In this document: positions 25,576 through 30,268 of the stretch, in pieces
Position numbering within the stretch: the stretch's first letter is position 1
Layout: each line of letters starts with the position of its first letter
Source: an archaeon
GTDB lineage: Archaea > B1Sed10-29 > JAJSAI01
Length of the DNA: 30,268 nucleotides
NCBI GenBank assembly: GCA_024274695.1
Contig: JAJSAI010000017.1
Coordinates: forward strand, 1-30,268
Reading direction: 5' to 3'
Program-made: the position numbers and the translations under genes
The notes under the pieces: generated by a model
Databases searched by the model: none
Told to the model about the DNA's origin: nothing
What the model saw: only the letters and a program-made list of their open reading frames with translations

Positions 25576-26236
25576 CTGTTCCAGAATGGTGCTTTCCCAG
25601 GATCGCATTTTTTACATCATCAAGATTTCTCCCGCTCACGAAGTGCGCTTCAACCCCTGACCTGGCGAGTATTTTCGCCGCGAGAGCGTCGATAACAAAG
25701 TTCTCCCGCGGCCTCCGCGAGTCATGCTCAAGAGCGAGTTTCACGAGCTGAGAGGGGGATAGCACGTGGTACTTGCGCGCGTTCTTGAACACCTTAGGGT
25801 TGGCAGAATAAATCCCGTCAACGTCCGAGACGTTGACGAACCGGGCGTTCATGCTCTCAGCAAGAAGGGCTGCCACTGTGTCAGTCGTCTCCCCAGGGAA
25901 CATACCCCCCATCACAGCAATACCATGCTGGGCCTGCAGGAAGTAGACTGCTTCGTCCAAGTGATCGAAAAACCTTGCTCCCTTGACCGCGGCCTTCACC
26001 AGCCTCGCGTTAGCGTGAGTCACGCTGATCCCTATTTCGTCCAGGTCATAGTTGTCCTCGTTAAACTGTTTGGCTGCCTCAATGTACTTGGCGGCCATGC
26101 TCCCTCCGCCGACAACAATGCCCAGGCTTTCCATCCCCCTCACGATTCCCGCGAACCTCTTGATGAAATCAACGTTTATCGCGCTGCCCTTGAAGATCAT
26201 TGACCCTCCCAAGGATATGACAACCGCTTTCTTCAT
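25562..26236 (-). CDS. pyrH: UMP kinase
   Basis: SLGGS, VVGGG, DEIGI, PGETTDTVAALLAE, DVDGIYSANP. Confidence 0.93.
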   Translation of the reverse strand: MKKAVVISLGGSMIFKGSAINVDFIKRFAGIVRGMESLGIVVGGGSMAAKYIEAAKQFNEDNYDLDEIGISVTHANARLVKAAVKGARFFDHLDEAVYFLQAQHGIAVMGGMFPGETTDTVAALLAESMNARFVNVSDVDGIYSANPKVFKNARKYHVLSPSQLVKLALEHDSRRPRENFVIDALAAKILARSGVEAHFVSGRNLDDVKNAILGKHHSGTVILE

Positions 26237-26348
26237 GCGTGAATAGAAACACTAACAGGAATATAAAACCAGGACCTTGGGAGCATGCAAACGTTTTAAA
26301 GGCGCGAGAGCAGAACTTTATTAGCCTCTTCAGGAGGTGCCTTGTAAG

Positions 26349-27548
26349 ATGGAAAAGAGTTCTAAAGAGTACTACGAGTTCAAGAAGAAGTTGAAGGAGC
26401 TCAAGCAGATAAGGGGACAGGGAACAGAGCTCATAAGCATTTACCTCGCTCCAGGATACAACGTGAGCGAGATGAGCAACAGGCTTAGGGACGAGTACGG
26501 GCAGGCGAGTAATATCAAGAGCAAGCAAACCCGGAAGAACGTTCAGGCCGCGATAGAAAGGATAATCCACCTTCTCAAGGGAGTCAACAAGCCTCCTGAG
26601 AACGGTATAGCTATCTTCTGTGGTAATGTTAACGGGAAAATAGAATTGTATACCATAATCCCTCCTGAACCAGTTAACGTGACACTTTACCGATGTGACT
26701 CCACGTTCTTCCTGGATCCCCTGTTAGAGCTAATCCAGCCCTCTGAAGTGTACGGGCTCATGACCATAGACCGGAAAGAAGCCACGATAGCGCTCCTGAA
26801 GGGGAAGAGGGTTGAGATCGTCAACCACTTCGAGTCCTACGTGCCAGGAAAGCATAGGGCAGGGGGGCAGTCCAGCGTAAGGTTCGAGAGGCTCATAGAA
26901 ATCGCTGCCCACGAGTTCTTCAAGAAGGTGGGCGAGGCAGCGAACAAGGTCTTCTCAGACCCAAGCGTCAAGGGAGTAATAATCGGCGGCCCAGGACCGA
27001 CAAAGAACTACTTCCTGAACGAGGACTACCTGAACCACGTGGTCAAGGGAAAGATAGTGGGAACAATAGACACAGGATACACCGACGAGATGGGAATAAA
27101 GGAGATGGTGGACAGATCAGGAGAGATAATGGAGGAACTCGAGGCCACGAGAGAGAAAAAACTTGTGGACAAGTTCATGACCGAAGTGGCAAAAGGAGGG
27201 CTTGCCACCTACGGGGAAAAGGAAGTTAGGCAGGCTCTTGAGAACGGCCAGGTTGACACGCTCCTACTCTCAGAAGACCTTGACTGGTTAAGGGTAAAGG
27301 CAAGGTGCCAGGCCTGCGGAAAAGAGTACGAGCTCACCGTACGGGACAAGAACAAGATCCCGGACAGGTGCAGTGACTGCGGGGGCAAACTGGAAGTTGT
27401 TGAAGAAAAACTCCTTGTCGAAGATCTTGCGGAGCTGGCGGAGCAGATGGGCACCAAGGTGGAGATGATCTCCTCCGACACCCCTGAAGGCGCACAGTTC
27501 CTGAACGCGTTCGGAGGCATAGGCGCCCTGCTAAGGTTCAAAGCGTGA
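26349..27548 (+). CDS. prf1: Peptide chain release factor aRF1
   Basis: GTELIS, ASNIKS, YRCDSTF, GGQS, internal Zn ribbon, FGGIGALLRF; SD GGAGGTG. Confidence 0.97.
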   Translation: MEKSSKEYYEFKKKLKELKQIRGQGTELISIYLAPGYNVSEMSNRLRDEYGQASNIKSKQTRKNVQAAIERIIHLLKGVNKPPENGIAIFCGNVNGKIELYTIIPPEPVNVTLYRCDSTFFLDPLLELIQPSEVYGLMTIDRKEATIALLKGKRVEIVNHFESYVPGKHRAGGQSSVRFERLIEIAAHEFFKKVGEAANKVFSDPSVKGVIIGGPGPTKNYFLNEDYLNHVVKGKIVGTIDTGYTDEMGIKEMVDRSGEIMEELEATREKKLVDKFMTEVAKGGLATYGEKEVRQALENGQVDTLLLSEDLDWLRVKARCQACGKEYELTVRDKNKIPDRCSDCGGKLEVVEEKLLVEDLAELAEQMGTKVEMISSDTPEGAQFLNAFGGIGALLRFKA

Positions 27549-27554
27549 GCCAGG

Positions 27555-28673
27555 ATGGCCTACGAAATAAAAAGGGTGCCGGAAGACTTCGTGGTCGAGG
27601 AGATAGATCCAGAAAAAAAGGTAATAGAATTAGGCTGGACTCCCGAGTTCGACCATGAGAGCAGGGGACAGCATCTTGTCTGCGTGCTCGAAAAAAGAGA
27701 CTACGACACACACCTTGCAATGAAAAGGATAGCAAGAGCCCTAAGAATATCCCAAGAAAGAATAGGATACGCTGGGACCAAGGACAAGAAGGCAGTCACC
27801 ACCCAAAGAATTTCAATACAAGGCGTGAAAAAAGAGGATGTTGAAAAACTGTCCCTGCAGGACCTAACACTAAAACCCTGGCACTATTCTGAAAAAAAGA
27901 TAAAACTCGGGGACCTGTGGGGAAACAGGTTCACGATAAAGGTGTACTCTGACTCTCCCCCGAAGACAGAAAACCCTGGGAAGATCCCGAACTTTTTCGG
28001 GGAGCAGAGGTTCGGGAGCATAAGACCCATAACACATCTCGTGGGCAAAAAGATTGTGGAAGGCGACTTCGAGGGCGCTGTTAAAACATACCTTGCTGAA
28101 GTGTTTGAAGGAGAGGCGTCACAGGCCAAAGAGGCCAGGAAAGCGCTCCAGCAGGCGTGGGACTACAAGAAAGCACTGCAGGAGTTCCCTAAAAAGTACA
28201 AGTACGAGAGAGCGATGCTGAACCATCTTGTCAAGCACCCCGGAGACTACGTGGGAGCCCTACGCGCTCTACCGAAAAACCTTAGGATAATGTTCGTTTA
28301 CGCGTACCAGTCCCACTTGTTCAACAAGTTCCTTGAAAAGGTTATTGAAAGAGGGCTTGAGTACGAGGAAGGCCCACTGTACGGGTACGCTCTCAAGCCA
28401 AGGAACTACCTTGAGAAAGAGGTTCTCGAGGAAGAAGGGGTGAGCCTCGAGAATTTCAGGATAAAGAACATGCCCGAACTAAGCTCAAAAGGAAAACGCA
28501 GGCCCCTGTGGGTCAAGCCCGTCGGATTCCGGATACTTGAAAGAGGCGAAGGGTACTACGTGCTCAGGTTCGCGTTACCAAAAGGATGCTACGCGACAGT
28601 GGTGGTTGATTACTTGTTTGGTGGCGCTGGGAGGGGGATTCGAACCCCCGAAGGCCGAAGCCAACTGGCTTAG
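27555..28673 (+). CDS. truD: tRNA pseudouridine(13) synthase TruD
   Basis: PEDFVVEE, YAGTKDKKAVTTQ, GNRF, NFFGEQRFG, AYQSHLFN, LPKGCYAT. Confidence 0.95.
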   Translation: MAYEIKRVPEDFVVEEIDPEKKVIELGWTPEFDHESRGQHLVCVLEKRDYDTHLAMKRIARALRISQERIGYAGTKDKKAVTTQRISIQGVKKEDVEKLSLQDLTLKPWHYSEKKIKLGDLWGNRFTIKVYSDSPPKTENPGKIPNFFGEQRFGSIRPITHLVGKKIVEGDFEGAVKTYLAEVFEGEASQAKEARKALQQAWDYKKALQEFPKKYKYERAMLNHLVKHPGDYVGALRALPKNLRIMFVYAYQSHLFNKFLEKVIERGLEYEEGPLYGYALKPRNYLEKEVLEEEGVSLENFRIKNMPELSSKGKRRPLWVKPVGFRILERGEGYYVLRFALPKGCYATVVVDYLFGGAGRGIRTPEGRSQLA

Positions 28674-28707
28674 CAGGCCAGCGCCCTAACCACTAGGCGA
28701 TCCCAGC
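28622..28707 (-). tRNA. tRNA-Ser(GCT), long variable arm, encoded CCA
   Basis: Acceptor GCTGGGA/TCCCAGC + G-CCA; anticodon arm CTGGC-CTGCTAA-GCCAG; variable arm GGC-TTCG-GCC; T-arm GGGGG-TTCGAAT-CCCCC. Confidence 0.95.
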
Positions 28708-28711
28708 ACTC

Positions 28712-29410
28712 CTATCTTTTTTTGAGTGATAGGATTTTAAATGGTTTTGCCCAGGACTGCAGGACAAGCCGGGACAGGAACGTCACCTGGGACAGGACCT
28801 GCTTGATGTTGGTGAACTGCCTGTGTAGCCCCAGTCCTGGAGGGTAGTCTACTTTGACCGGAACGTACACTATCTTCATCCCCTTTGATAGGGCCTTGTA
28901 GTTCATTTCTGCCTCTATCTGGAACCTGTCCTGCTTCAGGCCCAACGAGTTCCAGTCCTTTTTGGATATCACGAAAAACCCGGACAGCACGTCCCTCGCC
29001 AGCCGGCCTGTGGCCAGGAACAAGGAGAGTATTGAAAGGATATTGTTTATTCTCCTGCCGAAGTGCATTACCCTGAACGGCCTTTTTCCCACGACAAGAG
29101 TTCCAGACCCCGCTTTTTCCAGGAGAAGAGGGATCTGTTCAGGGTGAAACTGGCTAGCGTCTATGAACACGAGGAAACGTCCTTTCGCGTGGGACGCGCC
29201 TGTTCTCATGGCGGCGCCCTTTCCCCTGTTCTCAGGGTGTGATATCACGGTCGCGCCGGCTTCAGCCGCTTTTTCTTTGGTCCGGTCGGACGAACCGTCA
29301 TCAACAACTATGACCTCGTATTCTTTTGACACTCTCTTTATTCTCCTGACAGTGTCAGATATGTCCTTTTCCTCGTTGTAGGCCGGGACTATCACGCTCG
29401 CTTTGACCAC
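28712..29410 (-). CDS. GT2 glycosyltransferase (DPM1/AglD-like)
   Basis: VIVPAYNEE, VVDDGSSD, NRGKGAA, D-x-x-SGF, FQIEAE. Confidence 0.88.
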   Translation of the reverse strand: MVKASVIVPAYNEEKDISDTVRRIKRVSKEYEVIVVDDGSSDRTKEKAAEAGATVISHPENRGKGAAMRTGASHAKGRFLVFIDASQFHPEQIPLLLEKAGSGTLVVGKRPFRVMHFGRRINNILSILSLFLATGRLARDVLSGFFVISKKDWNSLGLKQDRFQIEAEMNYKALSKGMKIVYVPVKVDYPPGLGLHRQFTNIKQVLSQVTFLSRLVLQSWAKPFKILSLKKR

Positions 29411-29416
29411 TGTCCA

Positions 29417-29959
29417 TTACCCCTGCAGGTAGTACCTGTCGAACAAGTACATGAGCAGTGCTATGTCCGAGCCTTGCCTTCCCTCGAAGATGATCTTGTT
29501 CCCTTGGAGCACGGCCTGGTTCGCTAATGCTCCGGGAGGCCTTATGATTATCATCAGCTCTTTCTCAGAAGGTTCGGGTATGCTGCAGTTCTCGCTCGTG
29601 ACGTTCGGCCCCGCGCAGTTGATGAGCGTTCCGTTAGCGTATTCTCTCCCGTATATGCTGTTGACGTCCACGAGCTGTTTCTTCCTGTTCAGCCCAGGTA
29701 TCAGGGTGCTCGCAAGCTGGTCTGACACGTACTTGAATCCCTGCCTGTCGTCAGCGTTTTTCTCGAGCACGATGATGACCCGGTCCGCTTTGGCTAGCGC
29801 GTCCTGAAAGCTCGTGTTAGTAGGGTGAACGAAACAGTATTCCTCATAGCACTCTTTTACAAGCTTCTGTCCGTAGAGAACGGTGCTCGCCAGAAGGTAA
29901 ACTGAAGCGGCTATAAGCATGAACGAGACTAACAACACCAGGGCTCTCTTCCAGTTCAT
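29417..29959 (-). CDS. Hypothetical membrane-anchored extracellular protein
   Basis: N-terminal TM; Cys pairs; sequons NTS, NGT, NVT, NCS. Confidence 0.6.
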   Translation of the reverse strand: MNWKRALVLLVSFMLIAASVYLLASTVLYGQKLVKECYEEYCFVHPTNTSFQDALAKADRVIIVLEKNADDRQGFKYVSDQLASTLIPGLNRKKQLVDVNSIYGREYANGTLINCAGPNVTSENCSIPEPSEKELMIIIRPPGALANQAVLQGNKIIFEGRQGSDIALLMYLFDRYYLQG

Positions 29960-30002
29960 GGTATACACTATCCCTTGCACGTATTAAAAACAAAAGGAAT
30001 AG

Positions 30003-30031
30003 AAAAGGGGGAAATCCCCTTTTAAAAGGGG
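30003..30031 (-). terminator. Hairpin terminator of the S-layer gene
   Basis: AAAAGGGG-GAAAT-CCCCTTTT-AAAAGGGG, followed by T-tracts on the minus strand. Confidence 0.65.
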
Positions 30032-30039
30032 TTTTGGGT

Positions 30040-30268
30040 TTAGTCGGTGAGGTAGCTGAGGAACTCGTCCACAGCAGCCTCGGTGTCCTTGGCCTCGTAT
30101 CCTGCGATTACTACCTTGGTTCCGTCCACGATTATCTTGCTGTCTCCGGCCTTCTTGATGTCCTCGATTCCTGGCACGTTCTTGGCCAGGTCGTTCACGA
30201 TAGGTCCTCCGATTACTATCTGGTAGGTTGCTGGTGTGTCCTTGTCTGTTATCACCAGGTTCTCTGGC
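30040..30268 (-). CDS. S-layer protein C-terminal domain (5'-truncated)
   Basis: IVIGGPIVNDLA...VVIAGYEAKDTEAA matches the Methanococcales/Thermococcales-type S-layer C-terminus; frame is open to the window edge. Confidence 0.85.
   Translation of the reverse strand, partial: PENLVITDKDTPATYQIVIGGPIVNDLAKNVPGIEDIKKAGDSKIIVDGTKVVIAGYEAKDTEAAVDEFLSYLTD

Noticed and set aside
21450-28707. Integrated element bounded by the two tRNAs
   Set aside because: The shared GGGGGATTCGAACCCCC is only the T-arm of each tRNA; the intervening genes are housekeeping; no integrase or att duplication.
7959-28714. Genome-wide TAG reassignment (pyrrolysine or alternative code)
   Set aside because: TAG terminates genes at 7959, 14326, 28673 and 28712; only one internal TAG was found; aRF1 motifs (NIKS, YxCxxxF, GGQ) are canonical; no pyl genes or CUA tRNA in the window.
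1-30268. CRISPR arrays, IS elements, tandem DNA repeats
   Set aside because: None seen; intergenic gaps are all under about 160 nt.

Overview
Gene-dense archaeal chromosomal window, about 50% GC by eye. Gene content and compact, often leaderless architecture suggest a DPANN-like archaeon that still has lipid-synthesis genes; this taxonomy is an inference. Housekeeping genes: trmJ, scpA/scpB, form III RuBisCO, XPD/Rad3 helicase, metG, a cation:proton antiporter, eS26, a beta-CASP nuclease, TrmB, an MFS transporter, dph2, pyrH, aRF1, truD, a GT2 and an S-layer C-terminus. Envelope and signalling genes: an archaeosortase, a type IV pilin and a degenerate paralog, an orphan CpaF/VirB11 ATPase and two single-domain KaiC-like ATPases. 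Not in the ORF track: tRNA-Arg(CCT) with a 58-nt BHB intron, tRNA-Ser(GCT) antisense to the truD 3' end, a C/D-box guide sRNA abutting a KaiC/membrane-protein/dph2 operon, a 51-aa zinc-ribbon ORF and a 9-aa uORF coupled to eS26. A full-length UbiA/DGGGP-synthase frame is split by one in-frame TAG. Best candidates for undescribed systems: the sRNA + degenerate KaiC + two small membrane protein cassette, and the sortase + periodic coiled-coil + pilin + ATPase + ScpAB neighbourhood. No CRISPR array or mobile element was seen.
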